64,000 nucleotides of DNA from Anaeromyxobacteraceae bacterium (GCA_032654565.1 JAULAX010000018.1:192001-256000); one strand, 5' to 3'; positions 1 through 9,315 are shown, counted from the stretch's first letter. The notes: a model not told the origin generated them from the sequence alone. Made by a program: numbers and translations.

Positions 1-420
1 GTCCCGGCCATCGCCGTCTCGCTGGCGGCCGCGCCGCCGCACGACTTCACCGCGGCGGCGCGCCTGGCCGTGGAGCTGGCGCGGGCGCTGGTGGCCTCCC
101 GCCCCGCCGCCCCGGTGCTGCTCAACGTCAACGTGCCCCCCGGCGTGGTGCGCGGCTGGCGGCTGGCCCGGCTGGGCAAGCGGACCTACGGCAACGAGGT
201 GGTGACCAAGATCGACCCCCGCGGCCGCCGCTACTACTGGATCGGCGGCGAGGGAGGGGCGGTCAACCACGACATCCCCGGCTCCGACTGCAACGCGGTG
301 ATGGAGGAGGGGCTGGCCTCGGTGACGCCGCTGCAGCTCGACGCCACCGACGGCGCCGGGCTCGGGCCGCTCCAGGCCGTGCTGCTCCCGGGCTTTCCGC
401 GGGAGCCCGGGCCTTGCTAG
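1..420 (+). CDS. surE: 5'/3'-nucleotidase SurE, C-terminal part (truncated by window edge)
   Basis: Frame 1 open from base 1: VPAIAVSL...LLNVNVP...DPRGRRYYWIGG...SVTPL, typical of the SurE C-terminus; followed by an nlpD-like gene. Confidence 0.9.
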   Translation, partial: VPAIAVSLAAAPPHDFTAAARLAVELARALVASRPAAPVLLNVNVPPGVVRGWRLARLGKRTYGNEVVTKIDPRGRRYYWIGGEGGAVNHDIPGSDCNAVMEEGLASVTPLQLDATDGAGLGPLQAVLLPGFPREPGPC

Positions 421-472
421 CCCGGCCGCCCCGGCGCGGCGCGCGGCCGGCGCGGGCCAGGCGAGGGGCGCC

Positions 473-1252
473 GTGAGGCGGGCGGCGCTGGTCGCCACCA
501 CGCTCTGGCTGGCCGCCTGCGCGGGACCGCGCCCCGCCACTCGCCCCGCCACCGGCGCGCCGGCCCGGTCGCTCCCCATCCCGCTGGCCGCCAGCGAGTT
601 CCACGAGGAGCCGCAGGTGGTCGGCGTGGTCCACGTGGTGCGCAAGGGCGAGACCGTCTACCGCATCGCCCGGGCCTACGGCGTGGCGCCGGCCGACCTG
701 CTCGAGGAGAACGGCATCGTCGATCCGAGGCAGGTGGCGGTGGGGACCGAGCTCTTCGTGCCCGGGGCCAGCCGGGTGGTCGGGATGGAGGAGACCACCG
801 GCAGCTCGCCCACCGCGGTGGGGCGCCCCCCGGGGCGCGGCGCGGCCCCGGCCGTGGAGCCGGAGCACCCGGCGCCGGCGGTGAAGACCCGGCTGGCCTG
901 GCCGCTCAAGGGGGTGCTCTACGGCCGCTACGGCGTGCGCTCCGGGCGCCGCCACGACGGCATCGATCTCTCCGCGCCGGAGGGGACCACCATCGGGGCC
1001 GCCGCGCCCGGCGCGGTGATCTACGCCGGGGAGCAGTCGGGCTACGGCTCCATCGTCATCCTGCGCCACGACGGCGGGCTGGTGACCCTCTACGCCCACT
1101 GCAGCAAGCTGCTGGTGGACGAGGGGACCACCGTCAAGGCCGGCCAGGCCATCGCCCGGGTGGGCCAGACCGGCCGCAGCTCCGGCCCCCACCTCCACTT
1201 CGAGGTGCGCGAGGGGACGCGGCCGCGCAACCCGCTCCTCTTCCTGCCCTGA
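473..1252 (+). CDS. LysM + M23 peptidase-family lipoprotein (NlpD-like)
   Basis: Lipobox LAAC, LysM HVVRKGETVYRIARAYG, M23 motifs HDGID and GPHLHFEVR. Confidence 0.9.
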   Translation: MRRAALVATTLWLAACAGPRPATRPATGAPARSLPIPLAASEFHEEPQVVGVVHVVRKGETVYRIARAYGVAPADLLEENGIVDPRQVAVGTELFVPGASRVVGMEETTGSSPTAVGRPPGRGAAPAVEPEHPAPAVKTRLAWPLKGVLYGRYGVRSGRRHDGIDLSAPEGTTIGAAAPGAVIYAGEQSGYGSIVILRHDGGLVTLYAHCSKLLVDEGTTVKAGQAIARVGQTGRSSGPHLHFEVREGTRPRNPLLFLP

Positions 1253-1280
1253 CCCGACCCCGTGGTAAGAGGAGGTTGAC

Positions 1281-1799
1281 ATGCTCGCCCACGTCCGCGC
1301 CGCCATCCGCGACGTCCCCGACTTTCCCAGGCCCGGGGTGGTCTTCAAGGACATCACCCCCATCCTCTCCGACCCGCGCCTCTTCAGGCAGGTCATCGAC
1401 GCCCTGGCCACCCGCTGGCGCGGCGAGCGGATCGACAAGATCATCGGCATCGAGTCGCGGGGCTTCGTCTTCGCGGCGCCGCTGGCCTACACGCTGGGGG
1501 TGGGGCTGACCATCGTCCGCAAGCCGGGCAAGCTGCCGTGGCGCACCATCCGCGAGGCCTACGCGCTGGAGTACGGCGAGGCGGTGCTGGAGCTGCACCA
1601 GGACGCCTTCCAGCCCGGGGAGCGGGTGCTGGTGGTGGACGACGTGCTGGCCACCGGCGGCACCGCCGAGGCGGCCGGCCGGCTGGTGGCGCGCCAGGGG
1701 GCCACGCTGGCGGGCTACGCCTTCGTGGTCGACCTGACCTTCCTCGGCGGCGCCGCCCGGCTGGGCGCCGGCCAGGTCCACGCGCTGCTCAAGTACTAG
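1281..1799 (+). CDS. apt: adenine phosphoribosyltransferase
   Basis: [29 protein letters not shown] motif [20 protein letters not shown]. Confidence 0.95.
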   Translation: MLAHVRAAIRDVPDFPRPGVVFKDITPILSDPRLFRQVIDALATRWRGERIDKIIGIESRGFVFAAPLAYTLGVGLTIVRKPGKLPWRTIREAYALEYGEAVLELHQDAFQPGERVLVVDDVLATGGTAEAAGRLVARQGATLAGYAFVVDLTFLGGAARLGAGQVHALLKY

Positions 1800-1816
1800 G
1801 CCGGGGAGGTCCAGGG

Positions 1817-3025
1817 GTGCTCCGGTCGATCCGCTTCAAGCTCATCGTCCCGCTGGTGGTCGGCCTGGCCCTCATCGCCGTGGCCACCGCGGTGCTGATG
1901 CGGTTCGTCCACCAGCGCGCCGTCGACCAGGCCGCCCTGCACGAGGTGCAGCAGGCGGCCTCGGCGCTGGCCAGCATCGAGGCGGCCGAGGAGGACCGGC
2001 TCTCGGCGCTGCTCGACGTCATCGAGCAGGACGACTCCCTGGTGGAGGCCTTCGCCCGCGGCGACCGGGCGGCGCTGCTGGCCGACGCCGGGCCCATCCT
2101 GCGGCGGCTCCGCGAGGCCCACGGCGTCACCCACTGGTACTTCCACCCGGTCGATCCCGCCGCCGGCATCCTGGTCCGCATCCACCAGCCGGCGCTCTTC
2201 GGCGACGTGGTGAAGCGCCCGTCCTTCCGCCGGGCGGTGGCGACCGGGGCCGAGGCCCGCGGGATCGAGCTGGGGAGGACCGCCTACGCGGTGCGGGTGG
2301 TCAGGCCCTGGCGGTCGAAGGGCCGGCTGCTCGGCTACGTCGAGCTGGGCACCGACATCGACTCCTTCCTGGTCCGGCTGACCCGCCTCGGCGGCGACGA
2401 GTACGGCATGCTGCTCGACAAGCGGCGGCTCGACCGGATCGGCTGGCAGCGGGTCACCGGCAAGCCCGAGCGCTGGGACGAGCGGGCCGAGCTGCTCGAG
2501 GTGGCCAACACCAGCGGCGACCCGTCGCTGCTGGCCGGCCTGGAGCGGATGGCGCAGGTGCCGGCCCAGCCCGCGCTGCTGGGGCGCGAGACCCGCCAGG
2601 GACGGAGCTGGGCGCGCGGGTTCTTCCCGCTCCTCGACAGCGAGGGCAAGACCATCGGCGCGGTGGTGGAGCGCCACGAGATCTCGGCGCTGCTGGCCGG
2701 CGTCGACGAGCTGCGGCTCCAGGTGGTGGTGCTGGTGGTGCTGCTGGCGGTGGCGCTGGCGGCGCTGGTCACCTTCCTGCTGGAGACGCTGGTCTTCGAG
2801 CCGGTGGCGCGGATGACCCGGACGCTCGAGGAGCTGCCGGAGCGGCTGGCGCGGGGGGACTGGCAGGTGGGTGAGGGGCTGGCCCGCTCCGACGACGAGC
2901 TGGGGCGCTTCGAGGCCTTCCTCGACAAGGCCATCGACGCCGTCGGCTCCTTCGTGACCGACGCCCGCCGGGCCCCGGGCCGGCCCCGGAGGCCGGACCA
3001 CCCTGGGGAAGGCCAGGACCGCTGA
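1817..3025 (+). CDS. membrane sensor: TM + Cache-like domain + TM + HAMP, no output domain
   Basis: GTG 1817 after GGAGGT; two hydrophobic segments around a Cache-like region (GIELG...LGYVELG); HAMP-like PVARMT...DDELGRF, then a short tail. Confidence 0.75.
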   Translation: MLRSIRFKLIVPLVVGLALIAVATAVLMRFVHQRAVDQAALHEVQQAASALASIEAAEEDRLSALLDVIEQDDSLVEAFARGDRAALLADAGPILRRLREAHGVTHWYFHPVDPAAGILVRIHQPALFGDVVKRPSFRRAVATGAEARGIELGRTAYAVRVVRPWRSKGRLLGYVELGTDIDSFLVRLTRLGGDEYGMLLDKRRLDRIGWQRVTGKPERWDERAELLEVANTSGDPSLLAGLERMAQVPAQPALLGRETRQGRSWARGFFPLLDSEGKTIGAVVERHEISALLAGVDELRLQVVVLVVLLAVALAALVTFLLETLVFEPVARMTRTLEELPERLARGDWQVGEGLARSDDELGRFEAFLDKAIDAVGSFVTDARRAPGRPRRPDHPGEGQDR

Positions 3026-3193
3026 ACCGGCGGGGGCTGCCGGTCCGGAGGGGCCGGGTCGTGCCCGCCGCCGTCGGCGAAGCCGCGCGATCCCGCCTCC
3101 CCCGGCCGACGGCCCCGCTCCGGGGCGCCTCCGATTTCCCGGGACGGGGTAGGATCGTACCGCCAGCGAAGTTCACGCCCCAGGGAGGTCGCC

Positions 3194-3646
3194 ATGCCGA
3201 GCGCCGAGTGGAAGAGGATCCTCTGCCCCATCGACTTCTCCGACGCCTCGCGCGCGGCGCTGGAGACGGCCGCCGACCTGGCCAAGCGGTACGGCGCCAT
3301 GGTGGCGCTCTTCCACGCCTACCCGGTGCCCGGCTACACCTTCCCGGACGGCTCCTTCGTCGCCTCCAGCAAGATGCTCGAGGAGCTCTCCGATCAGGCC
3401 AACCAGCACCTGCAGGAGTGGAAGGCGCTGGCCGAAGGGATGGGGATCACCCACGTCGAGACCGCCAGCGCCATCGGCGAGCCGGCCCACGAGATCCTGA
3501 CCTTCGCCAAGGCGCAGCGGGCCGACCTGGTGGTGATCGGCACCCATGGCCGGACCGGCCTGCAGCACGCCTTGATGGGGTCGGTGGCGGAGCGGGTGGT
3601 GCGCCGGTCCACCTGCCCGGTGCTGACGGTCCGGCCCCCGGGCTGA
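3194..3646 (+). CDS. universal stress protein (UspA family)
   Basis: ILCPIDFS and DLVVIGTHGRTG...GSVAERVVRRSTCPVLTV. Confidence 0.93.
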   Translation: MPSAEWKRILCPIDFSDASRAALETAADLAKRYGAMVALFHAYPVPGYTFPDGSFVASSKMLEELSDQANQHLQEWKALAEGMGITHVETASAIGEPAHEILTFAKAQRADLVVIGTHGRTGLQHALMGSVAERVVRRSTCPVLTVRPPG

Positions 3647-3820
3647 GGGGGCGGTCCGGTCCCGGGGCCCATCTCCAGGGACGCTGGCCGGTCTGCGGCC
3701 GGTCGAAGGGCGTGGCGAACCCGGCCCGCTTGCGCTAGACCCGTCGAGGGGCCTCCGTCCGCCCCGCCTTCCTGTAGCCTGCACCGCTGACCTTCGCTTC
3801 GACCTCCGAGGAGGCATCAC

Positions 3821-4807
3821 ATGGCCGACCTGACCACCGAGTACCTTGGGCTCCAGCTGCCGAGCCCGCTCATCCTCGCCTCCTCCGCGCTCTCCAACCG
3901 GATCGAGAACCTCGAGGCGGCCGAGGGGCACGGGGCCGGCGCCGTGGTGCTCCGCTCGCTCTTCGAGGAGCAGATCGAGGCCACCAACACCGTGCTGGAG
4001 GAGGCGGCCTCCAAGTTCGCCGACTCCAACCCGGAGGCCCGCACCTACTTCCCGCCGCAGCGGGTCGGGCCGCACGAGTACCTGTCGCTGGTGCAGCGGG
4101 CCAAGAAGTCGCTGGGCATCCCGGTCATCGCCAGCCTCAACTGCTGCGCCCCGGGGAGCTGGACCGGCTACGCCCGCCAGATCGCCGAGGCCGGCGCCGA
4201 CGCCCTGGAGGTGAACGTCTACGCGGTGGAGGCCGATCCCTCGCTGCCCGGCTCCGAGGTGGAGCGGCGCTACGTGGAGGCGGTGGCCGGCATCAAGGCG
4301 GCGGTGAAGATCCCGGTGGCGGTGAAGCTCTCTCCCTACTTCACCTCGCTGGCCAACGTGGTGGCCCAGCTGCAGCAGACCGGGGTGGCCGGGGTGGTGC
4401 TCTTCAACCGCTTCATGCAGCCGGACATCTCGCTGGAGCGGATGGCCCCGCAGAGCACCATGAGCCTCTCCACCACCGCCGAGGCGCTGGTGCCGCTGCG
4501 CTGGATCGGGCTGCTCCACGGCCGGGTCCAGCTCGACCTGGCCGCCTCCACCGGCGTGCACGACTCGGCCGGGGCGGTGAAGCAGCTGCTGGCCGGCGCC
4601 ACCGTGGTCCAGCTGGCCTCGACGCTGGCGCGCAACGGGGTGCCCTACCTCGGCAAGGTCCGGCAGGGGATCGAGGAGTGGATGGAGAAGCGCGGCCACT
4701 CCACCATCGACGAGTTCCGCGGCACCCTCTCGCAGAAGCAGATCAGCGACCCCGGGGCCTTCGAGCGGGCCCAGTACGTCCACCTGATCCTCTCGCAGAA
4801 CATCTAG
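3821..4807 (+). CDS. dihydroorotate dehydrogenase-like flavoprotein
   Basis: DLTTEYLGLQL, SLFEEQI, IPVIASLN, PVAVKLSPYF, VLFNRF.QPD, ASTGVH. Confidence 0.85.
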   Translation: MADLTTEYLGLQLPSPLILASSALSNRIENLEAAEGHGAGAVVLRSLFEEQIEATNTVLEEAASKFADSNPEARTYFPPQRVGPHEYLSLVQRAKKSLGIPVIASLNCCAPGSWTGYARQIAEAGADALEVNVYAVEADPSLPGSEVERRYVEAVAGIKAAVKIPVAVKLSPYFTSLANVVAQLQQTGVAGVVLFNRFMQPDISLERMAPQSTMSLSTTAEALVPLRWIGLLHGRVQLDLAASTGVHDSAGAVKQLLAGATVVQLASTLARNGVPYLGKVRQGIEEWMEKRGHSTIDEFRGTLSQKQISDPGAFERAQYVHLILSQNI

Positions 4808-4913
4808 GCCACGCCGACTCCTCGGCGGGGCCCCAAACGGGACGTGCGCTGGGCCAGTTGAGACAAGATATCACCAAGACACCAGGAACCCACCCACCAC
4901 GGAAGGGAAGCAC

Positions 4914-5333
4914 ATGGCCAACCTGAAGGGCAGCAAGACCCACCAGAACCTGAAGGACGCCTTCGCCGGCGAGTCGCAGGCCAACCGCCGCTACCTCTAC
5001 TTCGCAAAGGTCGCCGACGTGGAGGGCTACCCGGAGGTGGCCTCCAACTTCCGCGAGACCGCCGAGGGGGAGACCGGCCACGCCCACGGCCACCTCGACT
5101 TCATCAAGGAGGTGGGCGACCCGGCCACCGGCCTGCCGCTCGGCGACACCGCCACCAACCTCAAGGCCTCCATCGCCGGCGAGACCCACGAGTACACCGA
5201 CATGTACCCGGGCATGGCCAAGACGGCGCGCGACGAGGGCTTCAAGGAGGTCGCCGACTGGTTCGAGACGCTGGCCAAGGCGGAGAAGTCGCACGCCGGC
5301 CGCTTCGACAAGATGCTCAAGACCATCAGCTAG
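4914..5333 (+). CDS. rubrerythrin, short form without rubredoxin domain
   Basis: [40 protein letters not shown] di-iron ExxH motifs. Confidence 0.93.
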   Translation: MANLKGSKTHQNLKDAFAGESQANRRYLYFAKVADVEGYPEVASNFRETAEGETGHAHGHLDFIKEVGDPATGLPLGDTATNLKASIAGETHEYTDMYPGMAKTARDEGFKEVADWFETLAKAEKSHAGRFDKMLKTIS

Positions 5334-5352
5334 GTGAACGCGGCGCGGTCCA

Positions 5353-5390
5353 GGGGAGCCCGGCGTCCTTCTCGGGGCGGCGGGCTTCCT
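5353..5390 (+). terminator. strong hairpin between rubrerythrin and Fe-S oxidoreductase (partial terminator or stabiliser)
   Basis: GGGGAGCCCG pairs with CGGGCTTCCT, plus inner stem CGTCCT/GGGGCG; no long U-tract. Confidence 0.45.
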
Positions 5391-5431
5391 CGTCTCTGGT
5401 GCCGGCCACCATCCCGGGAGAGAGTGAGCCC

Positions 5432-6790
5432 ATGAGCGACGACTCCAAGAGCATCTCCGTCCAGCCGACCGCCGGCCTCTCCTACGACCCGAGCGAACCG
5501 GTCTACTGGCAGCCCGAGGCGCTGGCCGGCGAGGTCCACCGCGCCTTCGAGATCTGCCACGGCTGTCGCATGTGCTTCAAGTACTGCGACAGCTTCCCGC
5601 TGCTCTTCAAGGCCATCGACGACCGCCACGACGGCGACGTCCGCAAGGTGACCCCCGCCGAGGAGCAGGCGGTGATGGACGCCTGCTTCCAGTGCAAGCT
5701 CTGCGAGGTGCAGTGCCCTTACACGCCGCGTGACAAGCACGAGTTCCAGCTCGACTTCCCCAAGCTGGTGCACCGCTGGCGCGGGGTGAAGCGGCGCGGG
5801 CAGGGGAAGACCCTGCGGATGCGGGTGCTCAACGATCCCGACGGCGCCGCCGCCATGGCCCGGGCCAGCCTGGGCATGGCCAACGTCATGAACCGGGTGC
5901 GGCCGTTCCGGGTGCTGCTGGAGAAGACGGTGGGCGTCCACCGCGACAAGCTGCTGCCGGACTTCGCCGCCGAGCCCTTCGACCGCTGGGCCCGCAAGCA
6001 GGGGCTGGTGCAGGCCGAGCCGGGCGGCGAGGCGGTGCTCTTCCAGACCTGCTTCGTGCAGCACAACGAGCCGCAGCTGGGGAAGGACGCCCTCTTCGTC
6101 CTCAAGCAGAACGGCGTCGACGCCCGGGTGGTGCCGGGGCTGCGCTGCTGCGGGATGCCGGCCTGGGAGCAGGGGGACCTGGACTCCTTGCGGGCCCAGG
6201 CCACCCACGACCTCGACCTGCTCATGCCCTTCGTGGAGCGCGGGGCCAAGGTGCTGGTGATCAACCCCACCTGCTCGATGATGATGCGGCGCGAGTGGCC
6301 CCACCTGCTGGAGGGCGAGGACCGGGCCCGGGCCGAGCGGCTGGCGCCGGCGGTGATGGACGTGTCGGAGTTCCTCTGGTCGATCCGCGACCAGCCGCGC
6401 TTCAGCACCGACTTCAAGAGCACGCCCCCGGGCGGCCGGGTGGCCTACCACGCCCCCTGCCACCTGCGGGCGCAGGGGGTGGGGTTCAAGGGGCGCGACC
6501 TGCTCAGGAAGATCCCCGGGGTGACGGTGTCGGGCACGGTGATGGAGTGCTGCGGCCACGACGGCACCTACGCCATGACCGTGGAGGGGTTCGAGCCCTC
6601 GGCCCGGCTCGGCAAGAAGGCCTTCGACGGCATGGCCGCGGCCACCGCCGAGACCTGGGCCACCGACTGCCCGCTGGCCGCCCTCCAGTTCCAGCAGCAC
6701 GCCGGCAAGAAGCCGCTCCACCCGGTGACGCTGCTGGCCCGCGCCTACCGGGGCGAGGGGTTCGAGCCGGGCCAGGGAGGTGGCGCGTGA
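5432..6790 (+). CDS. rubrerythrin-associated Fe-S oxidoreductase (HdrD/GlpC-like, CCG domains)
   Basis: CHGCRMCFKYC, CFQCKLCEVQCP, two CCG motifs (RCCGMP, ECCGHDG), YHAPCH. Confidence 0.88.
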   Translation: MSDDSKSISVQPTAGLSYDPSEPVYWQPEALAGEVHRAFEICHGCRMCFKYCDSFPLLFKAIDDRHDGDVRKVTPAEEQAVMDACFQCKLCEVQCPYTPRDKHEFQLDFPKLVHRWRGVKRRGQGKTLRMRVLNDPDGAAAMARASLGMANVMNRVRPFRVLLEKTVGVHRDKLLPDFAAEPFDRWARKQGLVQAEPGGEAVLFQTCFVQHNEPQLGKDALFVLKQNGVDARVVPGLRCCGMPAWEQGDLDSLRAQATHDLDLLMPFVERGAKVLVINPTCSMMMRREWPHLLEGEDRARAERLAPAVMDVSEFLWSIRDQPRFSTDFKSTPPGGRVAYHAPCHLRAQGVGFKGRDLLRKIPGVTVSGTVMECCGHDGTYAMTVEGFEPSARLGKKAFDGMAAATAETWATDCPLAALQFQQHAGKKPLHPVTLLARAYRGEGFEPGQGGGA

Positions 6791-7347
6791 GGCCGGTCCG
6801 TCGCGAGGAGATCATGCCGCTCCCGGCCTACGAGCGGTCGCGGGCCGAGCTCCGGGCGGCCATCATCGAGGCCAAGGAGCGGCGGCGGGTCACCGTGGCC
6901 GGCGCGCTCACCTTCCTGTTCGAGAACACCGCCACCATCCGCTACCAGGTGCAGGAGATGGTGCGGGCCGAGAAGATGACCGGCGAGCCGGAGATCCTGC
7001 ACGAGCTGGAGACCTACAACGAGGTGCTGGGCGGGCCGGGCGAGCTGGGGGCGGTGCTGCTCATCGAGCTCACCGACCCGGCCGAGCGGGACCGCAAGCT
7101 GCGCGAGTGGCTCGGCCTGCTGCCGCATCTCTACGCCCGGCTGGAGGACGGCCGGCGGGTGCGGCCGCGCTACGACCCGCGGCAGGTGGGGGAGGACCGG
7201 CTCTCCTCGGTGCAGTACCTCAAGTTCGACGTGGGCGGCGCCGCGCCGGTGGCCCTGGGCGCCGACCTGCCGGCGCTGACCGCCGAGACGGTGCTGACCG
7301 CGGCGCAGCGGGCGGCGCTCCTCGAGGACCTGGGGCAGGGGGGCTGA
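6787..7347 (+). CDS. DUF3501 family protein
   Basis: GTGA overlap with upstream stop; TFLFEN...IRYQVQEM.RAE, LSSVQYLKF; known neighbour of this rubrerythrin type. Confidence 0.85.
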   Translation: MRPVRREEIMPLPAYERSRAELRAAIIEAKERRRVTVAGALTFLFENTATIRYQVQEMVRAEKMTGEPEILHELETYNEVLGGPGELGAVLLIELTDPAERDRKLREWLGLLPHLYARLEDGRRVRPRYDPRQVGEDRLSSVQYLKFDVGGAAPVALGADLPALTAETVLTAAQRAALLEDLGQGG

Positions 7348-7469
7348 GCTCCCGTCAGGTCCGTGATGCGGCGCCGCCGGCCACCGCCGGGACGAGCGGA
7401 CCCCCGGCACCGGCTGGCGACCGCGTCGCGTCGGCCTGGCGGGCCCCGCTTGGGGTGTCTCACGGGGAT

Positions 7470-7497
7470 GGAAATAGGCGCGGCCTGATCCCGTAGA
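7470..7497 (+). promoter_or_regulatory. ECF-sigma-type promoter candidate GGAAAT-N16-CGTAGA
   Basis: GGAAAT 7470-7475 and CGTAGA 7492-7497, 20 nt before the sORF start. Confidence 0.5.
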
Positions 7498-7517
7498 GCA
7501 GGGCATCAGGAGGTCAC

Positions 7518-7691
7518 ATGAAGCCCCTCATCCTCGTCGCCGCCGTCGCCGCCTTCGAATTCGCCTTCCTCGCCAGCATCGCCACGCCGCCCTCGGCGGC
7601 CGAGCAGGTCTCCGCGGCCCGGAGCCAGCCGGCCAGCCGGCAGCTGGCGCAGGGGTCCGGCGCCCCCGTCCCCTGCGCGCCTCCGGGCTAG
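7518..7691 (+). CDS. 57-aa small membrane or secreted protein, absent from the ORF track
   Basis: AGGAGGT RBS, ATG 7518, MKPLILVAAVAAFEFAFLASIATPP...VPCAPPG, TAG 7689-7691, host-like GC-ending codons. Confidence 0.7.
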   Translation: MKPLILVAAVAAFEFAFLASIATPPSAAEQVSAARSQPASRQLAQGSGAPVPCAPPG

Positions 7692-7732
7692 CCTGGTGTG
7701 GTGCCGCTCCCACCGCGGTCGAATAGACTGAG

Positions 7733-8449
7733 GTGGTGACGCTCTTCCGGCTCCCGCGCGAGGTCGCCTTCCCGGACCCGGGCCTGGCCGAGCCGGACGG
7801 GCTGCTGGCGGTGGGCGGGGACCTCCTCCCGGAGCGGCTGCTGGCGGCCTACGCCGCCGGGATCTTCCCCTGGTACGGGCCGGACTCGCCCATCCTCTGG
7901 TGGTCCCCAGATCCCAGGCTGGTGCTGGAGCCGGGCCGCCTGCACGTCCCCCGCTCGCTGGCCCGGACCCGCCGACGAGCCCCCTACCGGATCACCACCG
8001 ACCTGGCCTTCCGGCGGGTCATCCGGGCCTGCTCGGAGATCGGCCGGCCCGGCCAGCCGGGGACCTGGATCACCCCGGCCATGCTCCGCGCCTACGTGCA
8101 GCTCCACGAGCTCGGCTTCGCCCACTCCTTCGAGGCCTGGGAGGGCGAGGCGCTGGTGGGGGGGCTCTACGGCGTCTCCCTGGGCGCCGCCTTCTTCGGG
8201 GAGTCGATGTTCGCGGCGCGGCCGGATGCCTCCAAGCTGGCCTTCGTGGAGAGCGTCGAGTGGCTGGCGGGGCAGGGGGTCGGCCTCGTCGACTGCCAGG
8301 TGCGGACCGAGCACCTGGCCCGCTTCGGCGCCGAGGACTGGCCGCGGGCGCGGTTCCTCGCGGCGCTGGCGGCGGCGCTGGAGCAGCCGACGCGGCGGGG
8401 GCGGTGGACCATGGCCGGACAGCCGGGCTCACCTCCCGTCCCAGAGTAG
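7733..8449 (+). CDS. aat: leucyl/phenylalanyl-tRNA--protein transferase
   Basis: GLLAVGGDL, AYAAGIFPW, WWSPDPR, GTWIT, LVGGLYG, FFGESMF. Confidence 0.95.
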   Translation: MVTLFRLPREVAFPDPGLAEPDGLLAVGGDLLPERLLAAYAAGIFPWYGPDSPILWWSPDPRLVLEPGRLHVPRSLARTRRRAPYRITTDLAFRRVIRACSEIGRPGQPGTWITPAMLRAYVQLHELGFAHSFEAWEGEALVGGLYGVSLGAAFFGESMFAARPDASKLAFVESVEWLAGQGVGLVDCQVRTEHLARFGAEDWPRARFLAALAAALEQPTRRGRWTMAGQPGSPPVPE

Positions 8450-8497
8450 TTGAGGCGACTCCTCCAACGGGGGACCGACTCCGTCCCAGAGTAATTG
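8436..8497. repeat. 17-bp direct repeat CCGTCCCAGAGTA(G/A)TTG, two copies
   Basis: Copies at 8436-8452 and 8481-8497, 16/17 identical, 45-bp period. Confidence 0.8.
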
Positions 8498-8553
8498 GGC
8501 TGGGCACCCCAAAGAGGGTTCAAACCAGGGGCCACCCCGGGAAACTACTGGGT

Positions 8554-8569
8554 TGTACCCATCCGGGAC
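8554..8569. promoter_or_regulatory. putative operator TGTACCC-ATCC-GGGAC
   Basis: 15/16 identical to 54528-54543 upstream of the hydrogenase operon. Confidence 0.55.
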
Positions 8570-8582
8570 CTTTCGCTTCGGA

Positions 8583-8596
8583 TTGATTCAGATCAA
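8583..8596. promoter_or_regulatory. FNR/CRP-family box TTGAT-TCAG-ATCAA
   Basis: Perfect match to TTGAT-N4-ATCAA in an AT-rich patch about 70 bp before actA. Confidence 0.75.
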
Positions 8597-8664
8597 TTTA
8601 CAACCCGAAGCGGGCCCCACGACGCGCGCGGTTTTGGCGGACAGTCCGGGGCCGGCGACGCCAC

Positions 8665-9315
8665 ATGAGCGCACTCTTCTCGCCGAGATCCGACGCCCTC
8701 CTCAAGCTCGTCCTGGGACTGCTGGTCGGCGGTGCCGTCGCCACCATCGGCGGCCTCCTGCTCTACGTCCGCACGCCCTACGGGGTGAGCCAGGCCGAGC
8801 AGCTGGTGCAGCCGGTGCAGTTCGACCACCGGCACCACACCCAGGACGATCTCATCGACTGCAGGTACTGCCACACCACGGCGGAGAAGGCGCCCAGCGC
8901 CGGCATCCCGCCCACCGAGACCTGCCTCGCCTGCCACGCCCAGGTCTGGAACAAGAGCCCGCTGCTCGACCAGGTGCGCGCCAGCTGGTTCACCGGCAAG
9001 GCCATCCCCTGGACCCGGGTCCACAAGCTCCCCGACTTCGTCTACTTCAACCACGCCATCCACGTGAACAAGGGGATCGGCTGCGCCACCTGCCACGGGC
9101 GCGTCGACCAGATGGCCTCCATCGAGCAGGCCCAGCCGCTCAGCATGGGCTGGTGCATCACCTGCCACCAGGACCCGGCGCCCAACCTGCGCCCCCTCGA
9201 CCAGATCACCAACATGAAGTGGCAGCCGCCGGCCAACCAGGCCGAGGTCGGGCCGAAGCTGGCCAAGCAGTACGACGTCCGCGCGAGAGTGAGTTGCACC
9301 ACATGCCATCGCTAG
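8665..9315 (+). CDS. actA: alternative complex III pentaheme cytochrome c subunit
   Basis: One TM helix and five CxxCH (CRYCH, CLACH, CATCH, CITCH, CTTCH); [15 protein letters not shown]. Confidence 0.92.
   Translation: MSALFSPRSDALLKLVLGLLVGGAVATIGGLLLYVRTPYGVSQAEQLVQPVQFDHRHHTQDDLIDCRYCHTTAEKAPSAGIPPTETCLACHAQVWNKSPLLDQVRASWFTGKAIPWTRVHKLPDFVYFNHAIHVNKGIGCATCHGRVDQMASIEQAQPLSMGWCITCHQDPAPNLRPLDQITNMKWQPPANQAEVGPKLAKQYDVRARVSCTTCHR

Noticed and set aside
8553..9302. Apparent 250-aa N-terminal extension of ActB
   Set aside because: Off-frame read through actA; ATG 9303 fits the Tat signal. The same applies to the extended starts given for actC, actD, actE, coxB, coxD, hybA, hybB, tpx and the RCC1 gene
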